A stretch of 64,000 nt of DNA, taken from assembly GCA_051362555.1 (NCBI GenBank), contig CM120640.1, positions 18,786,001 through 18,850,000 on the forward strand. Direction: 5' to 3'. The notes under the pieces were generated by a model. That model ran no database searches, was not told the origin of the DNA, and worked only from the letters and a program-made list of their open reading frames with translations. Source of the DNA: Lingula anatina (taxonomy: Eukaryota > Animalia > Brachiopoda). The position numbers and the translations under genes are program-made. Below are positions 52,401 through 64,000 of the stretch, in pieces (positions within the stretch are counted from its first letter, which is position 1; every line of letters starts with the position of its first letter).

Positions 52401-55400
52401 TGAAAGAGGTCAAGCAAATTATATAGATCACTTTTGTTTCTATATAATGAAAGAATTCTAATCCTGATCAACAGTTCCATGTTGAAATCCTCCCCATGTA
52501 CAAATCCTTTCATAATGTTTGTAATCCTAGATTAATTTCTGAACCAAACAACTCCCATTTTGTCATTTAAGGACTTGATGAAGGCACAGCAGCAGCACCA
52601 GCAGCTGCAAGACTTGCAACAGCAGCAATTACAGCAGCACCATCAGAACCAGATGAGGAACCTGCAACAACAGCAAGCCACTCCACTTCACTACTCCTCC
52701 CTTCAACAGAAGGTCCAACAGGCAAAACAACAACATGATGCCATATGGAACTTCATTCAGAAAAACCCTACCATTATAACCAAAGGGGCTTCTCCCCAGC
52801 CAGGGGCTCCACCACAGCCTCAGCAGCCCCGTGGGGCATCTCCACCTCAACTGGTGCAGCAGCTGGCTCAGCAAGCAGCACTGCAACAGCAGCAGCGCCA
52901 GTCGACTCCTAAGGCACCATCCCCAGTCAGTAAGTACCAGAATTGTCCTCTTTTAAGCACGACTTAGATTTACCACTTATGCATATCTAACCATAGAGGT
53001 AAATGTCTTCTTACAGCTACAGAACAATATTTACTGCTTGAATATTAAGAAAAATTGGGTAAGTTGGGCAGCAATGTATATGAAGGAAATATGTCAAACA
53101 TACGTCATAAATGAACTCTTTGGAAAAAATGTACCACAGGATTATTTTCAAAGTTTTTTGCCTTGTTTATTTCCAGTGTTTGGTTCTCAGCCTCCAATGC
53201 ACCTTAGAGCCCCATCTCCAATACATCCAGCACAGTTCCAGCAGCAGGTGCTCAGTCAGAATCTAACTGTACAGGTGAGCTGATGTGGTGCCATCCTGCT
53301 GGGATATTCTTTTGAAAAATTACATCTAAACAGGAATGTTGATACACAGATAATTTTAGTGTGTAGAACTGAAAGGAGATTCTGAAGATTTTTAATGATA
53401 TTAGAATAGTTGTGTGTGTGAGAGAGAGAGGGAGAGAATGAGCCAGAGACCTGTCTTAAATCAATAAATTGGAGTATTGGGACCTTATTGAACTCTTCCA
53501 GACTATTTCAGCCATGGATTTTGTACATATGTCATAATTGTTATACATGTGATACATTACCCTTTGTAGGGCACAACCCCAACTGCTTCTTTGGCCCGTG
53601 TGCCATCACCACAAGAGCTGGCAGCTCACACTCAAGCCATAATGCAAAATGCACTGCTCAAAAAACAATTGGAGGATCAAAGAGAGAGATTTCTAAAGAA
53701 ACAGCATACTGAAGGGTAAATAAAGCTTTGTCCCTAGAGATTCACATGATAACTGCTGACTATCATATTTAGTTAAAATGATGTTTTCTGTATATCCTGT
53801 GTAATAATTTATATTGTTATTGAATGTAATTGTTTTGATTTGATTGCAGGGGTAAATCTCCTATTGGTGCACCTGGTATGGCTGGCTCCCCTATGATACC
53901 ACAGAATCAGAAGGTAAAAAACAAATTTGTACATGTGTTTAAATGCAGTTACAAATATTGTGGTTTCAGTCATATTTGCATGTGTCATACTTCAAATAAA
54001 TATTGATTTTTATATTGGAAATTATCACTTCTGTAACTGAATAAGTTATCAGGTCATTACCCATTGTATTTTTTCCAGGCCAAATTTTAATTATGAGATC
54101 TTTTAGCAATCCAGCAATGTGTGTAACATGTACTCAAATGTTTATGGGAGAAACATCAGTTTTGTACTTAAAACAGTCTCTTAAAGCAATATTAACTCTT
54201 TGTTTCGGCCAAAAAATGAATTTTCCTGGAGTAAACAACAATTTTCCCATGCTTACCAATGGTTAATGAATCCATTTTTACATTCAAAGTTAGTCCCTGG
54301 TTTTTTTCTAAAAAGTTTGGTTTTTTGTTAAAATCTCTTAAGAGATTTTAACAAAGTATAGACATCAATGGAGGTTACGTGGTCTAAAGACAAGTTCAAA
54401 TATCAGAATAAAAGCTATAACTGCTGTTTTTGTGGTAAAACAGAATATATTATATTTCTATGAGTTATTCACAAGGTTTTTATTGTGAAATATAGGTATC
54501 ATACAAAGAGTTATTATGCCTTTAAATTTAAGCCACCAGTCTCTGCTGCATTTACACCCACCTCTGTGATCAGAAAACTGGTGCAAGATAAAGCAGAAGA
54601 GAAAGAGAAACAGGGCAAAGATGGTGGTCAGCCTGGTAATGAACAGAGCCCAGCACCTACCATGATGATTCCATCTTCCCAGGCAGAGTCCAGTGTTCAG
54701 ACTCCAAGAGCACCTGTCCCCATAGCTAACCTGATGGCAGCGGCAGCTATGGAACAAAACAAACAGCCGCCACGCCCTCTAGTGGGACAAGGAATGATGA
54801 ACATGCTGCATCAAGGACAGATGCAACAGGCACCAGGTCGACCCATTGTTAAAGGTATATTGACAATTTGCTATCTTATATATTATCAGCAAAGTGTGAA
54901 AGTTTTTTTGTTTTGGTGTCAAAAAGTTAAAAAAAAACAGTGAAAGTTTATTTAATTAGTGTTGATCTCTGTGTTGCACTGTGTTATAATTGAATTCTGA
55001 TAGTCACGATTAAACTTTTGGATCGCCGAGTGGGGATGGCTCTTAATTACTAATATATATCTAAACGAGAGTATACGAAAACAAATTTAAACACATTTGT
55101 TTTTACTTTGATGTTCCAGGCAACCCAACTAGTCCAAGCAGTCCAGGTAGACAGCAGCAGCTCTCTGGTCAGCACATTCTAAACATGATTAACAGGGGAA
55201 ACCAACAGGGCCAGCAAAGTCAAGATATCAACAGACTCATTGAACAGCATTTCCAACAACAACAACAGCAGCAACAGCAGCAGCAGCAACAACAACAATC
55301 ACCGCAGCAGCAGCAAGTTAGCCCCAACTCAGCAGGTGTTCCTCGCTCTATGCCAAGTGGTGTATCTCCTGGTAATGCTATCCCTGTGCCAATAACAGGA

Positions 55401-56618
55401 AGGTCTCCTGCAGTAAACCAAAGAACAGCTGCCCAGGCTCAGGCACAGGCTGTGGCAGCACAGCAGGCACAGCAAATTTTGGTGCAGAGAATGCAGCAGG
55501 CTGGGCTGAATCAGGCAGCAGCAAGAGGTTTGTAGATTTGTCAATTTCATATTTCTCTGAGAAATTTCAATAGTCTTTTAATACATCCAGGTCTTTACAA
55601 AGTGAATTATATGTATGTGCAAGTTGAAAAAAACTTTTTTTGACATTAATAATAATTGACATTAAATAAATGTAATGTTTTGCCCATTGCTTAAATCATT
55701 ATTATTTTATTTTTTTTTTTCATTAAATGAAAGCATGATGGGTAATTGATGTAATATGCGTGTCTTTCTAATACTTCAGGTTTGCAGCAACAGTTGGCCC
55801 AGTTGAACATGACTCAGATTAGTCAGCTGGCAGCCTTGCAGCAGGTCCAACAGAGGGCAGTACTGGAGAGCCTGATCCAGGCACAGACATCCAGGGCAGC
55901 AGCAGCAGCTGCAGGCTATCAGCAAGGCAAAGTGGCCTCCCCCAGGCCTGGCTTCTCTAACAGTGTTCCCATGTCTGCCAACCCGGCTGTGGTCAGTGCT
56001 GCTGTCAACGCAGCTGTAGGGAGAAACAACTCCCCTCAGCCACAGATTCCCACACCTATGATTCCACAACAGAATAGACCAGGTGAGGTGGATTATTATG
56101 CTTGAAGAGAGCAGTCGAAATCCAGTGAAAGGTTTTTGGCTCTTCCAATTTTTTTCTTCTGTTCAGTTAATGCACGGCTAAACACTTGGTTGAACTAAAA
56201 GAACTGGCAGATGTGGAGCATCTCTGCTTATCACTGTTTTGGATAATGAGTACTGCATCAATGAATTATATTTCTCAAATAAAGCCATCGCAAAATACAA
56301 ATGGTCTTCATATTCATATGTTTGGAATCCTGCTTTGTTTCAGATGTTGTCAATGGCCCAATGTCTCCCGGTCGAGCCATCCATGGCAGCAACCACCCCT
56401 TCCCACAGCACAACTCAAACATGCTGAACATGCAACAGCACCAACAACAGCAGCAACAGCAGAGACCAGGTGGAGATATAGGTGTGAACTTGGCCAAGTT
56501 GTTTGGCAGCACTGACAGCCCTGGGCAGCTCCCCAAGATGCCACCACTCCCACAGCAGGGCCAGAGAGTGATGACTGTGGATGAGCTGGAGAGAAGGCAG
56601 CAGACTGTAACACATTGA
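46445..56618 (+). CDS. EIF4ENIF1: eIF4E transporter 4E-T, about 1380 aa by my exon assembly
   Basis: 20 phase-consistent exons: 46445-46582, 46813-46886, 47173-47306, 47654-47837, 48072-48358, 48527-48703, 49011-49177, 49423-49570, 49821-49976, 50244-50360, 51346-51848, 51991-52083, 52572-52929, 53177-53274, 53570-53715, 53850-53913, 54533-54854, 55120-55527, 55780-56082, 56344-56618. Hallmarks: YSRDVLL (YxxxxLphi), WDPEKW, DPKERVK..VLSPQRRSF..GC, RRIGSGRI, the Cup-homology motif PEWFTEGPISQSDTIELHGF, SRFSQWF, AFNKLV, FTPTSVIRK and the C-terminal LAKLFG...VMTVDELE. Confidence 0.93.
54324..54355. repeat. Perfect 32-bp palindrome centred on TTAA (4E-T intron)
   Basis: TTTGTTAAAATCTCTT|AAGAGATTTTAACAAA is its own reverse complement. 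Confidence 0.9.
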
Positions 56619-59600
56619 GAAGATAATGGGATGATACGTTATGTATTGGTGTCATTGTATGAAACTGCCCCAAGATTAGACGTTTCATTGTAAGTCACAT
56701 TTTGAAATTGGTTGTGTGGCTGATAAAAAGAATTTTGTAGGTTGTGTCCAAAAACAGTGGGCATGTCAGACAAACCAGGAGAGATCAAAAGGAAATGGCT
56801 GCTTCTTGATAAATGAACATCCATACTGAAACTAATACTGCCTGTGTGTCATGCTTAATGTTGAATTTTTTTAAAAATGAATCGTCAACTAATTTTGGAG
56901 AGGAAAATGTAGATGTTGCAGAGAAAATGAGACCATTCATGCCTGCTAACTGAAAGGAATCAAGAATACTTTGCTGCTCTAAACATGTTTAAATCTTAGG
57001 CATTATCTAAGCAGGATCATGTTTATTTATTTATTTTTTGGAATTAACAAAAAAAAAAGGAATCGAGTCTTACAATAAGTTTTGCGGTATTCCTTAAACA
57101 GTACTATGAAGAATCTGAAGTGACTGTTATGTGAAGGTTCCTTGGAGAAACAATTAGGAAGTTTCACTTATCAGCCTGTCATAGTGTTGTTATTTGTGCT
57201 GGGAGTTGCATGGGTGTCGAGTAAAGCAGGCCAATTCTGAAAGTTTCAGAATGTTAGCTTACTCACTGGCTTACCAGATGCATCAGTATTAGCATAAGCA
57301 TAGAACTCAAATGAAATATTTTTTGAAGACAGATTATTTATTTTTTGAATTTAGAGTAAAAGCTGGAAAATTAAGTGAGAAAGAGTGCATAGGAAATCTG
57401 CAGATGAGGAAAAATTAGCCTGGATACTTTGTAGTGTTGTAAATATGTATATTGTACTGCCTAGTATATAAAGTTGCAACTGTTGTGGTTTGGTTAGTAT
57501 GTTCAGGAGATGTAATAACATGTCAAATCTTAAAATCTAGTCATGTTGTGTAGTGTAATCCATTATTGATACTGGTGATTCAGTGTTTATGACTGTCGAG
57601 CAAGCTGTATATAATGCATTTTGTATTTAGCTGTAAGATGGTAGAATTGTTGTGGTACACAAGTTTCCGGACTAGTTATTGTACAGAAGTGAGGTACATG
57701 ATCTAAATACATAGCATCTATGTTACTGAATGAGTGAAAAGTAAGCTGTCTAATAACATGTGTGATCAGAATCAATATATGGAGAGTATGTGAGACTAAG
57801 ATGTGTGTGTGTGAATAGTAAAAAAAAACTTCCATGTCAAACTGTCATGTAAATGTCTCTTTTATGTCTTGTCCTTTTGTATTATTTTGTGTATTTAAAT
57901 TACTCATAGCAAACAGGAGAGGCTAATTTTTGTTTTGCAATTTGATTTGATTTGTTCAGGTGTACATATTTAAGAGAGTTGAATGGGCATGAAAACTGTG
58001 TAGTGCATAAATGTATAGGACAGTAGGATATTTAGCTTGTTTGCTGTATATTGCTTCTGTTAGATTCTCGATGGATGATATGTGCCAATTTAGGTCCGAA
58101 AGTAACAGTTGGATGGATGGTGTGGATTGAATGGTGTAAAAAAAATAGTGTTCTTTACTACATGTCCTGTGTTTTTGTTTGTTTTGTCATTTGTGTGTTG
58201 TCTTGTTTATTTGCATATACATAATACTGCTTAATACCTATTTACACTGAAGATGTACACACTGTTTAGTATCTGTGAAAACCTGCCATCATATGGTAAA
58301 GTTCTGCAATAGACTTAAAGAACTTAGTATGTTTTGTGCAATTGCTAATTCCGTCTTTCTGTGTTGCTATTTTGTACTGTATATAGTTACAAACAACAGG
58401 TTTTGCTAAATCACAAAACCCTTAATTTGTCTGTGTAAGATTGAAAGGTGATTGTATCACGAAGTTGTGTGAAACTGATGTAAAAGCTTTTGTAATTTCT
58501 GTCCATTACAAAAGTAAGTGTAAAAGTAAGTGTTATGGTTGAGGCATTGTTATTCTGAGTCTATGTATGTCTTTATTTGCCAGGTTCTAGTTTTGCCTTT
58601 GTAAACCTCTAATATTTAATTACTAAATGTGGCATTTCTGCACTGCCTTCAAACTTTAACTATGTGTGTGTGAAATTGTGGTTAATCTTGAAAAACTACA
58701 AGTGTCTATTAAGTTAGGGTTTAATGTTTGTGGCAGTCACTTTTTTGTACATATTTCACTTCTCACCTTAGCAATTTTTTCCTGATTTTTTTTTCTTTTA
58801 TGTATATATATTTTTTTCTGTTAATTTTACTTCAAGTGGATAACTGAAAGTAAATTGTGAGAAAGTTTGATATTATCTAAAAAGGAACTACCCAGTGCAT
58901 AAGTCTGGTTGTTGTAAGGTTACACATCCAGTCAAAGATGGTTACATTCAAAACGAGATATGCCAAGAAAAAAATTGAAAATGGGGCAGTCTGCTTTGGA
59001 TCTGCACTAATGAAAATGTTACTCAAATCTGTAGAAGGGAGGAAAGTACAATGTGTGTGTTCACTAGTCTGCTCTCAAACATGCTACTATGTCAGCAGTC
59101 CACTCCTTGGTTTTTAAGCAAGTGAATGTGGTAAAACGGCAGCAAATGTTAAATCACAAGGGTCTGAAACACTGTAAACTGAGTAAATTTTTGCAGTGAT
59201 GATAGCATCTGACAAAAAATTGCTGCAATCAAAGAATTATATATGCCAGGATACATGAAATGTACATTCTCTGAGAGAGTAAGAAAGGTTACAGATAAAG
59301 TGAAGAAATTAAAAAAAAAAAATTATTCAATAGATCTAACACTCCAAGCAATTTTTTCAAAGTTGGTAACAGATGCTGAAGAGAAAGTAATGAATTTTAA
59401 AAAAAATTGTTCAAAAGGTGGAGGGACACTCCAAGCAATCAGTTTGGTACCAAAATGTTTTCACAGATACAGGCATCTGATAAGCAAAAAGATACATTTT
59501 GCCAATCTATTTTCAGCAAACGTGTTCATTCACTACAAGCTCTAGTCTTGTAAGACTGGCTTTGAGTCCGTTCTCCACCATGAGGTTGATAAGTGTTATT

Positions 59601-60239
59601 ATTACATGGTTCAACTTTGTGATCAAATAAAAAAATAATAAAATAACTATGTGTTTGTTTTTAACTTCTTTTTAATGTTTATCTTCAGATGTGATTGTAA
59701 CTTGCAGAATTTTGGGTACACCAGCATTGTGCAAACTTCACAAAAACTTTAAAAATTTACACTAGCATACACAACCTTTGGTGCCATAAAGCAATTTCTT
59801 ATACCCAATGGATGGAAACTTGAAGTAGTATCAATACACTATCAACTTCATCTTACATTCATTGCACTATTAATTGGATGGGAGAGAAGAAGATATTCCA
59901 GTTTTTATCCACTTCATGTGGGCACAACTGGTGATGAATCATAGCCATAAGGCTAACTGTAGATTTCTGTTCCTGAAGATAGCCTTGTTTGCACAGGTCA
60001 CTACATTATAAATGGGGCACAAGTGTCTGGTAAAAAACTGATACCACATTCAGCACTATTCCCAGTTAGCATTCGAACTGCGTGGGCACGCATGTCTATT
60101 TCAATTGGTCCTTGGCTTTAGTAAAAGGCATTGTTCAAATACTTATCAACTGGTAATACAATTATCTACTTTGGTATAGCAAATTATCTGCTTTGGTATA
60201 GCAAGATTAGTGTTAATATAAATCTCTTCACATTCATCT

Positions 60240-62611
60240 CTAAGGGCTGAAAGTATTGACAGGGCTGACCACACTAGTGCACAGTGAATTTGGACTTGGG
60301 CTCGGCGTGCGAACATTGCGGAACTTTTGCTTCATAATTGTTACAAAAGCCCTGTGAAGGGAGTCTCTACTAGGTGTGCAATTCAAGTCTGCTCCACTGT
60401 CATTGGACACCCGCTTAAGGTTGTTCAGAGGTGTTCCTCCTGGGGATCTGGAACATTTTAAATTGTCCTTCCCATTAATTTCATATCTATAATAATGTAT
60501 TCGAGTTAATCTGTTACCGTTAATTTACTTCCCACAACAGACTAACTTTATGTAATTTTGCCTCTTGCAAATATCAGTATTTTAGTAATATTATTGAGGT
60601 AAAGGTTTACTTCACTCCAGTTGCCCTCAGTCTTTTCATAGGATTTGATCCCACAGACAACAGCTCACTATGTATGCTGCTCAGTGAGGTGGTAGAACTG
60701 AAAATATAAACTCGCATTTCAAGACAACTACAAAACAAAAAATTCTACCCACACATCATGACACCTGAAACATGTCTACCAGCACAAAACACTGCAATGA
60801 CAAATACATATCACAACTTTTCCAAATATTTTCATTCGTATAACATAACATACTGCAGACAATCAAATCAGTTGAAAAGTATATACTTTACCCTGCAAGC
60901 CTGCTGCTCTCTTTAAGATTGGTTACTGTTGACTTTAGAGGAGTCTAAAAAAAAATTTTGACGGGCTTTAAACAGTTTCTATATTTACACCTCTATGAAA
61001 AACATACTTAAAAACTTTTAGAAATGTTCTGATTGAATTTCAAGAAGTGAAGGAAATGTGTGTGTGTGTGTGTGTGTGTGAGCATGTGTTTTGATCAGCT
61101 TTAAGTGTTGCACATGCTACAATTAGTCCATCCTACCTGAATGTTCAATCTATCTGTCAGTGGTGTGAGTGGCCGGCGTGGAGTTGGTTGCTGAATCAAA
61201 AACATGGGGTTCTGTGAAGGGGGAGGGGGTGGTGGTGGTGGGGGTATAGAAGCAGGGGGTGGTGGAGGAGGAACACAGGGAGGGGGAGGGAAGCTCTTTT
61301 TCCCTGTTGGGGTATTTTCATCATTTAAAGATGCACGCTTGGACTTTCTAGCTGCAATACGTTTGGAAAATCGTCTCCCTTTGGCCTCTGCATAAACAGA
61401 AAAATGGACAGATATTTCTTTCTGGTTTTGGCCACTAATCTAACACCTCTATCCTTAGCATTCAAATTTTTTTTATAATTTGTCACAAAATTAAAATAAT
61501 AATCAATTTGTAAATAAAATGCAACATAGACAATTAAATTACATATTAAAATTTAACTCTATGATGAAACTAACCTTGTGCATATTCAAAAGCTTTCTCC
61601 ATGCCACATGTTAACTCATTCAGCTTCTGTTTACTCTCTTCCTCAGTGATCATATTTTCTACATAATTCTCACCTTGAACTGCCATAAAAAGTTTACACT
61701 GAATAATAAAACAGAAAATCTTTGTTAATATTTACATCATCCATCAATCCATAAAGATGCTAGCTTAAAAAGTGTAATCTTTTGCGTTACACCATACAAT
61801 AATGAGATGCACAGATGCAATACATATTGCTAAACTAAAAGGTTTAGTATAAAGAATTTCTTTTAATGTGACCATGTAAAATTTAACAGCTTATCCAGTT
61901 TACTGATGAACATGAGTTCCCTATATGAGGTAAATTACCCAGGACTGGATAGATCAGTTTGAACTTACCTTCAAATAAGAAAATACACCAGAATTTTCTA
62001 TCTCTTCTTGTTTTTTCTTTTTCAAAATTTTATGATAAGTAACTGGATCAGATTTTAAATGCTGTATAAGCTCCTGAAACAGATGTAGAATCAGTTAGTC
62101 TAGAAGTCATACAGAATTTGTTTGACATTAAATTTTGCTCGTACATGTACATCTACTTTGTAACAAAAGACTTCATTACTTACACAGCCAGCTATAAACT
62201 TAAATAGAATATGTAACAAGCAACCAGGATAGTCTAGGATACTTTAAAGTTACATATGTGGTGAATGTGGATTCCCTATAACACATACTAGTTTCTATTA
62301 GTTTCTCATGCAACTCAAATTAAATCGATGAGCCAAAGGCTTTACCAAATTAATCACTCAATCAGCCATAAAAGAGCTTTACATCTGCAAGGTGTCATTT
62401 GGTCAGTTTTTGTGGCAAAAATCCACCTTTAAGGTGTAATGCTCTGGATTATTATACATACCCGAAGGGCTTTCTCTGTCTCTGTTGCAGTTTGTTCCTC
62501 ATATTCATCCTCTGTCATCTGACTGCAGTATGCACTGCGTAGAGGAGAAGGTTGGTCAAATTCATCCAAGTTTCCAAAACCTTCATGCTGTACAGGGCTG
62601 GTGACTGCCAT
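60240..62611 (-). CDS. Proline-rich protein of about 325 aa with a PRR11/MTFR-like C-terminus
   Basis: Phase-consistent exons 62611-62462, 62073-61969, 61698-61575, 61387-61137, 60944-60892, 60697-60611, 60447-60240. Contains a poly-Pro tract, KRLRATGVKSPGGTPL and HRAFVTIMKQKFRNVRTPSP, resembling the (R)SPGGTP...AL..KF motifs of PRR11 and MTFR1/2. The family assignment is uncertain. Confidence 0.72.
61058..61080. repeat. (TG)n microsatellite
   Basis: Visible dinucleotide run; similar short (AG)n and (CA)n runs lie at ~23257-23276 and ~34706-34738. Confidence 0.9.
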
Positions 62612-63790
62612 TTCTATGAATTTCCATTAATTATGCTAAAGACATTAAAATATGAAATCCAATATACTTTCTGTTTCTATTCTTGCACTTTTACAGCATC
62701 ACAATTCTACTATTTTCTTCTTTACTATTGCACAAGTAATAACTGAAATAGCTTGATTATTAGGCAAACTATTATAACGGTTATCTGGCTAACAGAAACC
62801 TATCTTAACCAACACTACTCTTATTCAAAACAATGAGACTGCAATAAAAGTGTTACACCTTCTCCCCCCTCCTTAAAGAAAAGAAAAAGGAAAATGCCTT
62901 TCCTTGCTTTTTTCAGCATCACCCAGTACAGTATACAGTATGCACTTGCAAAATTTTTAAAGAGCTCAAAAGGTTTAAAATTAACAAAAACTTATTTTAA
63001 TCTCATATCAGTAGGGCAGACTATATTTATTTAATTAAAATTCCGATTATTTAATTTCAGTTTCCTAAACTGACGTTCGAATTTTCTCCCCTGACATTGA
63101 CAATGCTACAAAGAAAGTCTGATTTCTTTGATTTGACATAGGCAGTCAAATAACTATATTCCTCTTCATCAATGACAATGATCAACCTCATAGTCATAAA
63201 TAAATCCATTGTACAGACAAACTTTTTTAAACTAAGTTTTTAACAGTACCTTTTTTCAAATTTACCAGTCAAGGTATTACGGCTAGCATTTTTTACTTCT
63301 ATTAAGACCAGGTGATGTAAAGTCTTAAAAACAAAGTCCATTCAAGATAAGAACTATTCAGGTAAGTTGTTGACTACTGACCTAACAATGTTTACCTTTA
63401 AGTAAGCATCTGACTCTTCTGGTTTCATTTGAAACTACCGCAATCTCGTTATACGATAAATCTCGTGACTTGGAAGTAACATCCGGGCAAGTCAGAGTTG
63501 GGTCTTACAGAAGTTAGACCCACTTTCTCTTAGGCGCTTTCCAGCAGCTTTTTCGCGCGTCCAAAGTGGGCGACAGGGGGTAAATCCTCTGCTAAGCATT
63601 CTCGGTGCTTTTTTTGCATCTGTATTTTGTACTTTCATAGCTGTTATTTTGCTACAGAAGGCGAAATATTGCTTATATTTTGTTTGTTTTGGTCGAGATG
63701 GAGTTCTAAACATGGTCGCCATTCAGAATTTTGTCGGTCCTTGCTCATGCAACGGAACGGCCTTCGGGTCTTACTCAGATATTGAAGTAG

Positions 63791-63899
63791 ATGCAAGAGA
63801 GTGTAGAAGAAACAGAAGATATGGACAGGAAAACCAACAACCGGGCTTCTTCTGTCCCACCTAAAGGAAATGGGTCGGATTCGGGCAACCGGAAGTCAG
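63791..63899 (+). CDS. Possible first coding exon of a divergently transcribed gene continuing past the right edge
   Basis: ATG 63791 reads MQESVEETEDMDRKTNNRASSVPPKGNGSDSGNRKS and ends at CAG|GTCGGT, in a CpG-richer promoter-like zone. No homology recognised. Confidence 0.3.
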
Positions 63900-64000
63900 G
63901 TCGGTTCCCATGATCTTAGCTTTAACCATTTTCTCTACTTTATGCTTTAACGGTATAGAGAGATAAGAGTCTTGATAGGTGAAGTCTTGATCAGCTGGTC

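Noticed and set aside
60161-60204. 22-bp tandem duplication ATTATCT.CTTTGGTATAGCAA
   Set aside because: A simple two-copy slippage duplication in a 3'UTR with no further structure.
61204-61395. Gly-rich plus-strand ORF
   Set aside because: It is the antisense of the poly-Pro exon of the minus-strand gene, which has proper splice sites.

Overview
Eukaryotic, AT-rich, intron-rich animal genomic DNA. The gene set and exon sizes suggest a marine invertebrate such as a lophotrochozoan; the species cannot be determined from the sequence. I assembled gene models by hand from GT-AG sites with phase checking. From left to right: (1) PRDM14 on the minus strand, 7 exons, running off the left edge, followed by about 16-18 kb of non-coding DNA that contains a ~1.7 kb foldback-like inverted-repeat element with 27-bp minisatellite arms; (2) a RING-B-box-B-box-coiled-coil TRIM gene on the plus strand with no NHL, filamin or SPRY domain; (3) a decayed Penelope-like retroelement that still carries a minimal hammerhead ribozyme; (4) an ankyrin-repeat gene on the plus strand with an intronic Harbinger-type MITE; (5) DRG1 on the minus strand, head-to-head with (6) EIF4ENIF1/4E-T on the plus strand; (7) a PRR11/MTFR-like proline-rich gene on the minus strand; and possibly the first exon of another gene at the right edge. 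The most striking observation is in the TRIM gene. Its leaky-context UGA-C stop is followed by a predicted hairpin and an in-frame 26-codon extension ending KKKNREK-CTVS-stop, a polybasic stretch plus CaaX prenylation signal. This suggests a membrane-anchored isoform switched on by readthrough or a cryptic splice. No tRNA, rRNA or CRISPR array was recognised.
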